From Candidatus Goldiibacteriota bacterium (lineage in GTDB: Bacteria > Oederibacteriota > PGYV01 > DSYL01): DNA of 64,000 nt. The stretch lies in the NCBI GenBank assembly GCA_018000835.1, contig JAGNJD010000006.1, positions 52 through 64,051 of the forward strand, given 5' to 3'. The notes under the pieces were generated by a model, which saw only the letters and a program-made list of their open reading frames with translations, did no database searches and had not been told where the DNA came from. The translations under genes were made by a program, and so were the position numbers. Positions 47,547-57,355 of this stretch are shown in pieces. Position 1 is the stretch's first letter, and every line of letters starts with the position of its first letter.

Positions 47547-47873
47547 ATGAAAAAATTATTTTCCGTTTTTCTGGTTTTCATTATGTCGGTTAACATCTTA
47601 ATATTTTTTTATGGCATTGCCGTGCAAACCAGATATCATAAATATTTAAACGAAATTCAGGGGAATTATCTGATGGATTCTGCACTCGTCCTTGCAATAC
47701 ACGACGCCGAAGACAACAGTTTCACAAATATTAGTAAAAATTTAATTTTTAATGAAAAAAATATTGGTTACACAATAAATAAAATAGACGATAAAAACGT
47801 ATACGTAAAAGTTTTTTATAATCAAAAAAATAAAATTAAATACAGGGAATATTTAAAAAAATACAAACGTTAA
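47547..47873 (+). CDS. Hypothetical N-terminally anchored protein
   Basis: 108 aa, single N-terminal TM segment. Starts 2 nt after the upstream stop. Confidence 0.45.
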   Translation: MKKLFSVFLVFIMSVNILIFFYGIAVQTRYHKYLNEIQGNYLMDSALVLAIHDAEDNSFTNISKNLIFNEKNIGYTINKIDDKNVYVKVFYNQKNKIKYREYLKKYKR

Positions 47874-47930
47874 CAAATAAAACCGATGCAGAAAGTTTTC
47901 TATCTTAATTAAAATCCACCTGCACGAATA

Positions 47931-49301
47931 CTATAAAAATAAAATGGTTTTTATGACTTTCTTTATGTGCGGATACGACGAATAAGTTGACATGACCGTT
48001 AAAACCGCATTGTAGTGCTTGTTTTCCTTAAAAAAATCCTTATACTCTACGGGGATGGACCACGATAAACTGTTATGCCCTATTTCAAGATTTATTTTAT
48101 CACACACCGTTACTTTTTTATTTAAAGAACCTTCACCTGCCGTATCTTCCACCTCAATCGTTATGAAACTCTTTTCGGTCAGGAAAAATTCAAACATAAT
48201 TTCGTCGTTTCCTGCCTTTTTTGCTTTAAAATCAAATGCATCGCTGCATACCCAGAAATACTGTGCCGACTCCCTGTCTGAAACGAATATCTGTCCGTAA
48301 TGTTTGTAAATTGCAATGCCCGTTGGATTTTCAAATTCATAATCATCTTTGCCGTATTTTCCAAAAGACGAAATATAAAACAAATCAGGGGTGAGTTTAT
48401 GCACGCATGAATTTTTGTTGTCAACCACGTATACGTTTCCATAAAAATCCTGCTCGAGCGTCGTTAACTTCACCTGCTTTCCGATAACGTTATCAATCCT
48501 CGTGGCTCTTATTAAATTGCCATTAAAATCAAATTTCTGAATCCTGTTATAATCGCCGTCTATCAGATAAATGTAATCATACCTATAGCCGGAATATTTT
48601 TCATAAATGTCGGATACTGCTATCCCCTGAGGATTTGAAATGCCGCTGAATTTATCAATCATATAAAGGAAACCGCCGGTCTTGTCAAAAACCTGCACCC
48701 TGTTATTGCCGGTATCAGAAACGTATACCCGTCCCAGCGAATCAATTGCAACGTATCTCGGATTTTTGAATTCTCCCTGGTTCTCCCCATAACTACCAAT
48801 ATTTCTTATAAACCTTACTTTTTTCCCATCGTTATACCATCTTGAGATTCTATGATTGCCCGTATCCGCAACGTATACGTCCCCGTATTCGTTGCAGGCA
48901 ATTCCTATTGGTCTGTTTAATTCACCATCGCCTTTGCCATACCTACCAAAAATTCCAAGAGAATACATGGAAGGATTATATATGATTTCTGAATTACCAG
49001 AATTTGCGCCATATACGGTTAATTGATAGTCGTCGCGACCTTTGTAAATTTTCCCGTAATCCACAAGTAATTTTGTTGCTGCAAGGTCCTGTGGATCGTT
49101 AAAATATGTTCTGTTGCCAAGAAAAACCTTAAGCCAAAAAGGCGTCCCTCTGTGGATTCCAAATGGGGTATGATTAAAAGAAGGATATGTAATCGTCGTC
49201 GGTTTGTCCGTTATTACCGTAATCTCACCTTCTTCTGCAAAAACAAAAATGTTTAAACTCAAAAATAAAATCAAAAATATTATGCCTGCTGTTTTTTTCA
49301 T
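47931..49301 (-). CDS. Secreted NHL-repeat beta-propeller protein with a C-terminal Ig-like/sorting-type domain
   Basis: Signal peptide. Repeated xPxGIAxDxxGxxYVxDxxNxRIQxF units (for example NRPIGIACNEYGDVYVADTGNHRISRW). The last about 100 aa resemble FlgD-Ig / T9SS-type C-terminal domains (tentative). Confidence 0.75.
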   Translation of the reverse strand: MKKTAGIIFLILFLSLNIFVFAEEGEITVITDKPTTITYPSFNHTPFGIHRGTPFWLKVFLGNRTYFNDPQDLAATKLLVDYGKIYKGRDDYQLTVYGANSGNSEIIYNPSMYSLGIFGRYGKGDGELNRPIGIACNEYGDVYVADTGNHRISRWYNDGKKVRFIRNIGSYGENQGEFKNPRYVAIDSLGRVYVSDTGNNRVQVFDKTGGFLYMIDKFSGISNPQGIAVSDIYEKYSGYRYDYIYLIDGDYNRIQKFDFNGNLIRATRIDNVIGKQVKLTTLEQDFYGNVYVVDNKNSCVHKLTPDLFYISSFGKYGKDDYEFENPTGIAIYKHYGQIFVSDRESAQYFWVCSDAFDFKAKKAGNDEIMFEFFLTEKSFITIEVEDTAGEGSLNKKVTVCDKINLEIGHNSLSWSIPVEYKDFFKENKHYNAVLTVMSTYSSYPHIKKVIKTILFL

Positions 49302-49357
49302 GTTACTCCTGTTTTAAAATATTTGCCTCGTTATTATTACGTTTTTTATATAAACGT

Positions 49358-50092
49358 TTAATATTTCATATTTACCATTAATATTGGAGCATCTTCATCA
49401 AATCTGGTTGAAATGTAAATGCCGGAATTACGATTTGAGCAGATAGTTTTGCCGCAAAACGTGCCTATAACGGCGCCAATAAAAACGTCGGATGCCCAGT
49501 GCATGTTCTTATATATTCTTGCCATTGCTGCCATCGTTGCCGCAGGATACGTTATATACCATATTCCGTAATTTTCCGATATTACCGTTGCCCACGCAAA
49601 TGCCACGGTTGCATGTCCGGACGGAAAAGAATCTTTAAATGAAAACGGGGAAAAACTATACCTATCATCAGTATCTGCCGGTCTTTGCCTGCCTGAAATA
49701 TTTTTTATAATATATGTAACCAGGCTGGAAATAGCAACTGCCTGGGTAACTTCTTTTGCAACTTTTTCATCCCTTACTCCGGATAAATATAAAAAAGAAT
49801 TAAAAGCAAGCACGTTCATTCCATCTCCGCCTAAATTAAAAACATCAAATAGCCCATCATTAAATTTTGTCTTATTCCGGTTAAAACATTCTTTTATAAA
49901 CAAATCATTGTGCACTAATGCAACCGTTGCAATCCCTATGCCGGATAAATATGTCAGTGAAATTACTGGATTTTGGATCAACGTTTTCCCTGATTTTGCG
50001 AAATCATTTAAAAAAATATTCCAGATATTTTCGGCGTATATATTTACGGTTACAAACAAAATAATTATAAAAAATAACAGTTTTTTTTCCAT
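49358..50092 (-). CDS. PAP2-family (type 2 phosphatidic acid phosphatase) membrane phosphatase
   Basis: KxxxxxxRP (KNISGRQRP), PSGH (FPSGHA) and SRxxxxxHxxxD (ARIYKNMHWASDV) motifs. Confidence 0.8.
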   Translation of the reverse strand: MEKKLLFFIIILFVTVNIYAENIWNIFLNDFAKSGKTLIQNPVISLTYLSGIGIATVALVHNDLFIKECFNRNKTKFNDGLFDVFNLGGDGMNVLAFNSFLYLSGVRDEKVAKEVTQAVAISSLVTYIIKNISGRQRPADTDDRYSFSPFSFKDSFPSGHATVAFAWATVISENYGIWYITYPAATMAAMARIYKNMHWASDVFIGAVIGTFCGKTICSNRNSGIYISTRFDEDAPILMVNMKY

Positions 50093-50104
50093 GTTTTCAC
50101 CGGA

Positions 50105-50704
50105 TTACTTATATAATTTGTTTTTTAATATATAATCCCAGACCTTTTCTCCGACGTCTTCAATACAATTTTCACCATTTTTTATTCTCGTCCTTATTTC
50201 CGAAGATGAGACGTCTATGTAATCTGATTTTGACCAGAAAATCCTGTCATTAATTATTCCCTTATGTTTTTCCAGTATCTTTTCTTTCGTAAAATTCCTC
50301 CTCAGGTAAATTATAAAATTCATAATGTTTAATAGATTTTTATAATCCTTCCACGTTTCTATGTAATAAAAATTATCGGAGCCTACAATAAAATAAAATT
50401 CTTTATCCGGAAAATCGCTTATAAAATATCTCATCGTATCTATTGTATAAGAAACCTCCTGCTTTTTTATTTCAAAATCTGAAACTAAAAATCCCGGTTC
50501 ATTTTCAATCATTAATTCAACCATTTTTAATCTGTGTTTCGCGTCAATTACGGAATTCGTCTGTTTATGAGGTGGAATGTATGCAGGTATAAATATTATT
50601 TTATTAAGGTTAAATTCCTTCATCACGTTTCTGCCAATCAGCAAATGACCTACGTGGGGGGGGTTAAAAGTGCCTCCAAACATTCCAATTTTTTTATTAT
50701 TCAC
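50105..50704 (-). CDS. nadD: Nicotinate-nucleotide adenylyltransferase
   Basis: GMFGGTFNPPHVGHL plus the ISSSEIR-like VSSSEIRTRI motif. Confidence 0.9.
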   Translation of the reverse strand: MNNKKIGMFGGTFNPPHVGHLLIGRNVMKEFNLNKIIFIPAYIPPHKQTNSVIDAKHRLKMVELMIENEPGFLVSDFEIKKQEVSYTIDTMRYFISDFPDKEFYFIVGSDNFYYIETWKDYKNLLNIMNFIIYLRRNFTKEKILEKHKGIINDRIFWSKSDYIDVSSSEIRTRIKNGENCIEDVGEKVWDYILKNKLYK

Positions 50705-51953
50705 GTATCTGTCCTGTTCCGTAAATGACGTATTTTTCCGAAGTTAACCCTTCCAGTGCAAGCGGACCACGGACATGCAGTTTCTGATTTGATATGCCCA
50801 TTTCAGCCCCAAGTCCGAATTCATTCCCGTCCGTAAATCTCGTTGATGCATTTACGTAACAGGCAGCAGAATCCACGAGTTTTAAAAATTTTTCCGCATT
50901 TTCTTTTGAATAAGTTACGATGGCGTCGGAATGATGAGAACCATAAGTATTGATATGTTCAACTGCTTCGTCTATGGATTCAACGACTTTTATTGAGAGA
51001 ATAAGGTCAAGATATTCTGTTTTCCAGTCCTCTTCGGTTGCATCTTTTATAAATGGAAGAATCACCTTCGTTTTTCTGCAACCGCGAAGCTCAACATCTG
51101 CTTTTTTATACTCTTCTGCCATGGGTGGTAAAAACTTTGTGGCAATTTTACCGTGAACAAGCAGGGTTTCCATAGCATTACAAACGCCCGGTCTTTGCAC
51201 CTTTGCGTTGTAACATATTTTTACTGCCATATCAACGTCTGCAAATTCATCAACAAACGTATGACAGATACCCTGGTCATGCCGTATTACAGGTATAAGC
51301 GAATTTTCTTCAATAAAATTTATAAGATTTAATCCGCCTCTTGGAATAATGACGTCCACGTATTGTTTACATCTGACGAGATGCGTGATTGATTCCCTGT
51401 CCGTTGAAACTATGACTGAAACTGCATTCTGCGGGAGTCCTGCTTTTACCAGGGATTTCCGGATGATTTCCGCCAAATAAACGTTTGACTTTATTGCATC
51501 GCTTCCGCCACGAAGGATAATTGCATTTCCAGATTTTATTGAAAGCGCAGATGCTTCAATGCTTACGTTTGGTCTTGATTCATATATAAAACCAATTACG
51601 CCAAGCGGCATTCTTTTTTTAGCAATGACTAATCCATTAGGTCTTGTCCATTGTTTTGTAATCTCGCCAACGGGGTCCGGTAATGCAATGATGTCGTTTA
51701 AAACCTTTATCATTTCATCAATTCTTTTGTTGCTAAGTGCCAGACGGTCAATGAAAGCATCCGAAAGTTTTTTCTTTTTCCCGTTTTCAACGTCTATTTC
51801 GTTTTGTCTTAATATTTCAGTTCTGTTTTTATTCAGTTCATCTGCAATTATTAAAAGTGCACGATTTTTTGTTTCGGCAGAAAACGATAACATTTTGTAG
51901 GAATCTGCCTTTGCCTCTTTTGCTATATTAATTACATCTTCCTTTATTCCCAA
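50697..51953 (-). CDS. proA: Gamma-glutamyl phosphate reductase
   Basis: Start re-set to the TTG at 51953 (AAGGAG 7 nt upstream), which removes the overlap with hemW. Aldehyde-dehydrogenase-fold motifs and catalytic CNAMETLLVH. Confidence 0.9.
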   Translation of the reverse strand: MGIKEDVINIAKEAKADSYKMLSFSAETKNRALLIIADELNKNRTEILRQNEIDVENGKKKKLSDAFIDRLALSNKRIDEMIKVLNDIIALPDPVGEITKQWTRPNGLVIAKKRMPLGVIGFIYESRPNVSIEASALSIKSGNAIILRGGSDAIKSNVYLAEIIRKSLVKAGLPQNAVSVIVSTDRESITHLVRCKQYVDVIIPRGGLNLINFIEENSLIPVIRHDQGICHTFVDEFADVDMAVKICYNAKVQRPGVCNAMETLLVHGKIATKFLPPMAEEYKKADVELRGCRKTKVILPFIKDATEEDWKTEYLDLILSIKVVESIDEAVEHINTYGSHHSDAIVTYSKENAEKFLKLVDSAACYVNASTRFTDGNEFGLGAEMGISNQKLHVRGPLALEGLTSEKYVIYGTGQIRE

Positions 51954-51966
51954 TTTTTCTCTCCTT

Positions 51967-53079
51967 TTACATAAATTCCTGCAAAATTCTGTTTGATACC
52001 AGAAAACCTTTGGGCGTAAGTGAAAGGCCATCTTTTGTTTCAATCACATAAACGGTTTTTCTGAATTTGTCTATAATATTACTATATTTTCCCCTAAAAT
52101 CAAAACCAAATTTTTCAATGAAAGAACCGTATTTAATGCCTTCTGTGGTTCTTAATTTTAACATTATGTAATCCTTTATTTTTTTATCCTCTGTATATTT
52201 TTCCTCAAAATCAGCCGGGGACTCGTTTTTTCTTATCTTTTCCACGTAACCTTCAATTGATTTAACATTCGTATATCTTTTACCGTTAAAACACGATGAC
52301 GCGGATGCACCTATGCCAGTATATTCCCCGATGTTCCAGTAGTTCAGATTATGAATGCATTCTTTACCCGGAATGCTGAAATTTGATATTTCATACTGCA
52401 TAAAACCGTTTTTTTGCAACAGGGCAGCTCCGCTTAAATACATTTCTTCTATGAGCGAATCATCGGGCATCTTATTTCCATATTTTTTCTTAAATTCAGT
52501 ACCGTCATAAGGCGTTAAAATATAAAATGAAACGTGCTGCGGTTTTAAATCAACTGCTCTGCAAATGTCGTAATAAACGTCCTGCTTTGTCTGTCCAGGT
52601 ATCCCCAGCATAACGTCTATGTTTACGTTATTAATTTCGCACTGTCTTAAAAAGGAAACGGCTTTTTTTATTGTTTCCGAATTATGTATTCTGTTTAACA
52701 GTTTTAAAAAATCATCGTTAAAACTCTGGGCGCCAATGCTTACCCTCGTTGCATTTAACGATATAACCTTTGCTTTTTTTTCGTTTATCGTTTCAGGATT
52801 TGCTTCTATCGTTATTTCTTTGAAATTTTTTTTAGGATAAATGGAAAAAATGCCTGAAAAAACGTAATCAAGAAATTTTTCAGAAACAGAAGTCGGGGTT
52901 CCTCCGCCTATATACAGAGTATCAAAAAGTTTAGTAAATTTTGATTTATAATTTTTCAATTCCATGATTATTGCTTCAAAATAATCGTTTATCAAATAAT
53001 TTTTGTCGTCTTCGGAATAAAAATCGCAATAGTTACATTTTTGAAGGCAAAAAGGGATATGGACGTAAATGCCGGACAT
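51967..53079 (-). CDS. hemW: Radical SAM heme chaperone HemW (HemN-like, oxygen-independent coproporphyrinogen oxidase family)
   Basis: YVHIPFCLQKCNYCDF and LYIGGGTPT motifs. 370 aa. Confidence 0.85.
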   Translation of the reverse strand: MSGIYVHIPFCLQKCNYCDFYSEDDKNYLINDYFEAIIMELKNYKSKFTKLFDTLYIGGGTPTSVSEKFLDYVFSGIFSIYPKKNFKEITIEANPETINEKKAKVISLNATRVSIGAQSFNDDFLKLLNRIHNSETIKKAVSFLRQCEINNVNIDVMLGIPGQTKQDVYYDICRAVDLKPQHVSFYILTPYDGTEFKKKYGNKMPDDSLIEEMYLSGAALLQKNGFMQYEISNFSIPGKECIHNLNYWNIGEYTGIGASASSCFNGKRYTNVKSIEGYVEKIRKNESPADFEEKYTEDKKIKDYIMLKLRTTEGIKYGSFIEKFGFDFRGKYSNIIDKFRKTVYVIETKDGLSLTPKGFLVSNRILQEFM

Positions 53080-53085
53080 TAATGT

Positions 53086-53904
53086 TTATTTAAAAACCGG
53101 AGATAACGTGTTCCCTTTTACGTCAACGGGCGGAGTATCAATTTTTATCTTCTCGTGTTTTATGAAACGCCATCTGCCGGGCGGCCAGTATACTATCCAT
53201 GCTTTTCCCCTTAAATTTTCTTCCGGTAAAAAACCCCAGAAACGCGAATCTGAAGAATAATCCCTGTTGTCGCCCATTGCAAAATAATGTCCTTCCGGGA
53301 CTTTTACCGGTCCATAGTTGTCGCGAGGCGCATATTGTGCCGGGAATGTCCGAAAATCCTTGTGAAAAACGTATTTTTCATCCAGTTTCTGGTTGTTTAT
53401 GTATACAACCTTGTCCTTTATTTCTATTACATCACCAGGAAGCCCAATGCATCTTTTTATGAACATCATTTTCGGGTCAAGAGGATAACGAAATATAATG
53501 ACGTCCCCTCTTTTTGGTTCTGAAAATTTTAATATTTTTTCTTTTTTAAACGGGACGTTTGTGCCATAAATAAATTTATTTGCAATAATGTGGTCATTTA
53601 TCAAAAGCGTGTCTTCCATTGAAGATGAAGGAATCTTAAATGCCTGGATCAAAAACGTCCTGATAATTATGGCAATGATAATTGCCTCAAAAGCCGGTTC
53701 AACCCAGTCCCTTACTACGTTTTTCTTTGAAAGTTTGAAAACAAAAACGACGAGAAGCTCTCCGATTGTAAGTCCTACAAAGAGGGACCAGAAAATAAAT
53801 TCCATCATCTCCAGCCCTTTTATTGCAATTAAAATTATGGCGTAGATAACCAGTATTAATATAGAAGCAATGACTGCATATTTTCCTTTTTTGTCAAGTT
53901 TCAT
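53086..53904 (-). CDS. lepB: Signal peptidase I
   Basis: SSSMEDTL (catalytic Ser box), KRCIGLPGD (Lys box), GDNRDYSSDSRFWG. Confidence 0.9.
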   Translation of the reverse strand: MKLDKKGKYAVIASILILVIYAIILIAIKGLEMMEFIFWSLFVGLTIGELLVVFVFKLSKKNVVRDWVEPAFEAIIIAIIIRTFLIQAFKIPSSSMEDTLLINDHIIANKFIYGTNVPFKKEKILKFSEPKRGDVIIFRYPLDPKMMFIKRCIGLPGDVIEIKDKVVYINNQKLDEKYVFHKDFRTFPAQYAPRDNYGPVKVPEGHYFAMGDNRDYSSDSRFWGFLPEENLRGKAWIVYWPPGRWRFIKHEKIKIDTPPVDVKGNTLSPVFK

Positions 53905-54084
53905 CTATCACTCCTTTTTAAAACTTTTTGAAAAAAATCAGGGAAGTAGAATGTAAAAGCATTTTTTACTTTCGTTATTTCGCTGACATACTTATATATT
54001 ATAATTTCCAATAAAAGTATGTATTGTTATATAACTAAAAAAGACAAAAATCAAGGAATATTTTAGTATATGATTACTCCGTTC

Positions 54085-54137
54085 TTAACCCATTGCTAAC
54101 CGGTTAATTTAATGGAAGGATTGCTATATTTTTTTCG
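54085..54137 (+). repeat. MITE-like family, locus D (solo inverted-repeat end with a short Z-like flank)
   Basis: AATGGAAGGATTGCTATATTTTTTTCG at 54111-54137. It is preceded by CCCATTGCTAACCGGTTAATTT, which resembles 62180-62206. Confidence 0.5.
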
Positions 54138-54179
54138 TAAATGTAAATAAAGAAACAATTTTTATGAAAAATATCGTTT

Positions 54180-55451
54180 TTATGTTTTTAAAATTTTTAT
54201 GACAAGATTCACGATAAGTCCTATAAGCAAAAACGAAGAATATCTGTTATAAAGATTAATGGAAAAAAGCGGATATGGATTGTTTAATGCCGATATTCTT
54301 ATTTCTGAACTATCCTTACCGCCATTTTTCATTGCATTAATGCATTGCAATGCATACGGGAAACTCACAAAGACTGAAAGAACCGGCCACCAGTATCCCG
54401 GCTGCAACGTAAAAAGGAATATAATAAGGATGTAAGGCACCAGTAACATTACGTAATATGACATCCTTGCCCTGCCATATCCCATTTTATAAGGTAAAGT
54501 GGTAAAACCATTTGCATAATCGTCCATCATATCCCTGATGTTGTTTGCAAGGGTTACGGAACCGACAAAAAATCCAAGGCATAAAGAAATTATTATAACC
54601 GGCAACGTTAACGTGCCGCACTGGACAAAATATGCACCGGTAACCATTAGTGGTCCCATTAGAAATGAAGTAAGGAATTCTCCAAATCCTTTGTATTTTA
54701 TCGCTATGGGTTTTGCCGTATATGACATGCCGCCAAGCACTCCTATTACTCCGAATATTACAACCTGCCATCCGGCAGCAAAAATAAGATAAATCCCTGA
54801 GATAAAAGTAATGCAAAACAAAATGAATGCCGATTTTAAAATAACGTCCGGATTTACAAGTTCCTTTACGAGAACACCGGTATGGGAAGAAAGCGCACCG
54901 GGAGTATCAAAACCATTCTCATAATCGTTATAATCGCTTAAAAGATTTGTTCCCATATGAGCAGCAACGCCGCCTGTTAAAGCTGCAAGAAATATGAAAA
55001 GATTTAATTTTCCATCAACTGCTGCCATAAGCGTTCCCGTGATTACCGGTATTGCTGACATGGGTGCCGTAACAAATCGCATAGCTTTCAGCCAGAAATG
55101 CAAACTATAAAGGTTAACCGTCGGTTGCGGCACCGTCTTAATCCAGCCGCTCCTGTCTTTCTCATATTGTATTTCGTTTCCACCATCAATAAACGAAATT
55201 TTATACGGCTCCAGCCTGACTACGTCCGGATTGTCCGTCTTGCGCATTATGCCGCGGCCCTTTAATCCCGTGGTTTCAAATCCTACCCTTGGTTTGTCCG
55301 CCATTGCAACAGATTTTCCATTACAAAACAGATTCAGCCCTTCTGCCGAACATTTAAAATTAATTGAGACATCGGGTTTCTCAATCGGAAAAATGCGTAA
55401 TTCTTTTACGTCTTTTAATTTCAATTCGAGTATGTTTTCTATTTCTTTCAT
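54180..55451 (-). CDS. UbiA-superfamily (MenA-like) prenyltransferase with an N-terminal soluble extension of about 120 aa
   Basis: Asp-rich motifs NLLSDYNDYENGFD and NNIRDMMDDYANGFTTLP match the MenA pattern (NDYxDxxxGxD / NNxRDxxxDxxxGxxTL). The first about 120 residues are hydrophilic and unassigned. Confidence 0.7.
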   Translation of the reverse strand: MKEIENILELKLKDVKELRIFPIEKPDVSINFKCSAEGLNLFCNGKSVAMADKPRVGFETTGLKGRGIMRKTDNPDVVRLEPYKISFIDGGNEIQYEKDRSGWIKTVPQPTVNLYSLHFWLKAMRFVTAPMSAIPVITGTLMAAVDGKLNLFIFLAALTGGVAAHMGTNLLSDYNDYENGFDTPGALSSHTGVLVKELVNPDVILKSAFILFCITFISGIYLIFAAGWQVVIFGVIGVLGGMSYTAKPIAIKYKGFGEFLTSFLMGPLMVTGAYFVQCGTLTLPVIIISLCLGFFVGSVTLANNIRDMMDDYANGFTTLPYKMGYGRARMSYYVMLLVPYILIIFLFTLQPGYWWPVLSVFVSFPYALQCINAMKNGGKDSSEIRISALNNPYPLFSINLYNRYSSFLLIGLIVNLVIKILKT

Positions 55452-55456
55452 ATAAT

Positions 55457-56353
55457 CTATCCTTTAAACATCTTAAAAGCATCCATTATGGCGCGTCCAT
55501 CCATTGACTGGATGGCAGAAAGTTCTGGAATTATGCCATATCCGCATTTATCACATACGCCCTTTTCATCTCTTGACCAGCAACATTCATAAATACGGTC
55601 ATTTTCCATCAGATTTATCATAAATACGGGCCTTTCATATTTGCCGGTATACAATCTCTTTAAACCGGCCCATGAGTTGAATATATGGTAACCCTTCTTC
55701 TTAAGTTCCATTATGACATTTAACACGTTGCATCTTTGTTCCTGATTTAACGCCAGTGATTCAACGCCCGGATAAGGCGTGTGAAAATTCACGGATATGC
55801 CTTTTACGTTGCTTTCCGTGCTTACAAATTTTATTAACTCCTCTATGCAATGCATGTTTATTGTATTTATAGTAATATTAATTACGATATTTTCATGGCT
55901 GGAATCCCTTATGTTATTTATGACAGTTTTAAATACGCCCTTTCCTCTTACGGAATCATGCACTTCTTCCGTGCCATCCATGCTTACCCAGACCATGTCA
56001 GAAGTTAAATTTATCGGGAAAGTCCCGTTCGTCACCGTTGCTATTTTGAAAAATCCAATTTTTCTTGCTTCTGCGATTACGTCATTCACGGTCAGGCCGC
56101 CGTCAGACCATGTCATTATTTCTCCACCCTGAAGGTATAATATTCTTATCCCGCGGTCATAAAAATCCTGCATCGTTTGTTTTATACGGTCAAATCCGTA
56201 ATGCCCTCTTTCTTTGTTTGCCACGACACAATGAACGCATTTAAGATTGCAAACGTCGGTTAATGACATGCCACCGACGATAGGAGCATGTTTCTTAAAT
56301 AAAAAGGCTAATATTCCGTATTTTAGATAATATAAAATTTCATCAGGTTTCAT
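55457..56353 (-). CDS. Radical SAM protein with a Cys-rich C-terminal (SPASM/auxiliary-cluster-like) tail
   Basis: CNLKCVHC CxxxCxxC motif, LYLQGGEIM SAM-binding G-rich strand, C-terminal ECCWSRDEKGVCDKCGYG. Its stop lies 6 nt before the prenyltransferase start. Confidence 0.8.
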   Translation of the reverse strand: MKPDEILYYLKYGILAFLFKKHAPIVGGMSLTDVCNLKCVHCVVANKERGHYGFDRIKQTMQDFYDRGIRILYLQGGEIMTWSDGGLTVNDVIAEARKIGFFKIATVTNGTFPINLTSDMVWVSMDGTEEVHDSVRGKGVFKTVINNIRDSSHENIVINITINTINMHCIEELIKFVSTESNVKGISVNFHTPYPGVESLALNQEQRCNVLNVIMELKKKGYHIFNSWAGLKRLYTGKYERPVFMINLMENDRIYECCWSRDEKGVCDKCGYGIIPELSAIQSMDGRAIMDAFKMFKG

Positions 56354-56626
56354 AATGTTCCGTCCGATATAATTTTTAAAAAAAATTCATTTGTGGAATA
56401 TCTTATTATATCATATTTTTTATCCAGACTAACGTAAATTTTTATTTTCGGTCTTATAACCGTTTTAATGCCGATACCTGTTATTTCAATTTACCTTTTG
56501 AATTAGTATATTGCATTTTTATGTCAGTAGTCTGTTAAAGTACTATACAATTCCAGATTTTGCTATGCTTCTATGTTTCAATACTATTTTCCGCCGGGTT
56601 ATTCTCAAATTATGTAAAAATTTGAA

Positions 56627-56655
56627 TTGACAAAGATGGATTTAGGTGTTATAAA
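56627..56655 (+). promoter_or_regulatory. Sigma-70-like promoter of the inositol-lipid operon
   Basis: TTGACA (56627-56632), 17-nt spacer, TATAAA (56650-56655). SD AAGGAG precedes the ATG at 56724. Confidence 0.4.
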
Positions 56656-56723
56656 TATTAAATTAAATTCAAATAAACGATATAATAATTTAATTTATTT
56701 AACAAGGAGTTTATGCTCTATAA

Positions 56724-57335
56724 ATGACCTATAAGGACGTAAGGAGTAAATTAAAAGGTTTTTTTGAAATTATATTAAATCCTATAATAGTTCTTTTAAA
56801 TAAAACAGGTATAACACCGAATATGATAACAATAATAGGATTATTCATTAATATCCTTGGAGCGTATTTTATTATAAAAGGAAATTTGTTTTGGGCAGGT
56901 ATAATAATTTTATTTGCCGGCATATTTGACATGCTGGATGGCATTTTAGCAAGGAAAATGAATAAAAAAACCAAATTTGGCGGCTTTCTGGACTCCGTAA
57001 CCGACCGGGTTTCAGAAGGTGCAATTTATTTTAGCATACTTGTTTATTATATTAATATAAATTTGTCGTTTAATTCCATTATTGCTTACTGCGTTATGTT
57101 TCTTTCATTTTTAATAAGTTATATTAGAGCAAGGGCCGGCGGTTTAAAAATTGATTGTGAGGAAGGCATTTTCACAAGACCCGAAAGAATAATAATGCTT
57201 ATTTTGGGTTTGTTATTAAATAATTATTTTGATTCTTTATTTTATGCTTTGCTTATTATTGGTTGTTTTTCAGTCATAACAATAGCCCAGAGAATATATA
57301 TAGTATATATAAGGGCTAAAATTTCTGAAAATTAA
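56724..57335 (+). CDS. CDP-alcohol phosphatidyltransferase, phosphatidylinositol-phosphate synthase-like (PgsA1 type)
   Basis: [27 protein letters not shown] matches D-G-x2-A-R-x8-G-x3-D-x3-D. Immediately followed by ino1. Confidence 0.75.
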   Translation: MTYKDVRSKLKGFFEIILNPIIVLLNKTGITPNMITIIGLFINILGAYFIIKGNLFWAGIIILFAGIFDMLDGILARKMNKKTKFGGFLDSVTDRVSEGAIYFSILVYYININLSFNSIIAYCVMFLSFLISYIRARAGGLKIDCEEGIFTRPERIIMLILGLLLNNYFDSLFYALLIIGCFSVITIAQRIYIVYIRAKISEN

Positions 57336-57355
57336 GTTCAAAGGAGGATTTAAAG

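Noticed and set aside
51954-52043. Long upstream extension of proA overlapping hemW
   Set aside because: An SD-preceded TTG at 51953 gives a normal-length (418 aa) ProA and removes a 77-nt overlap with hemW.
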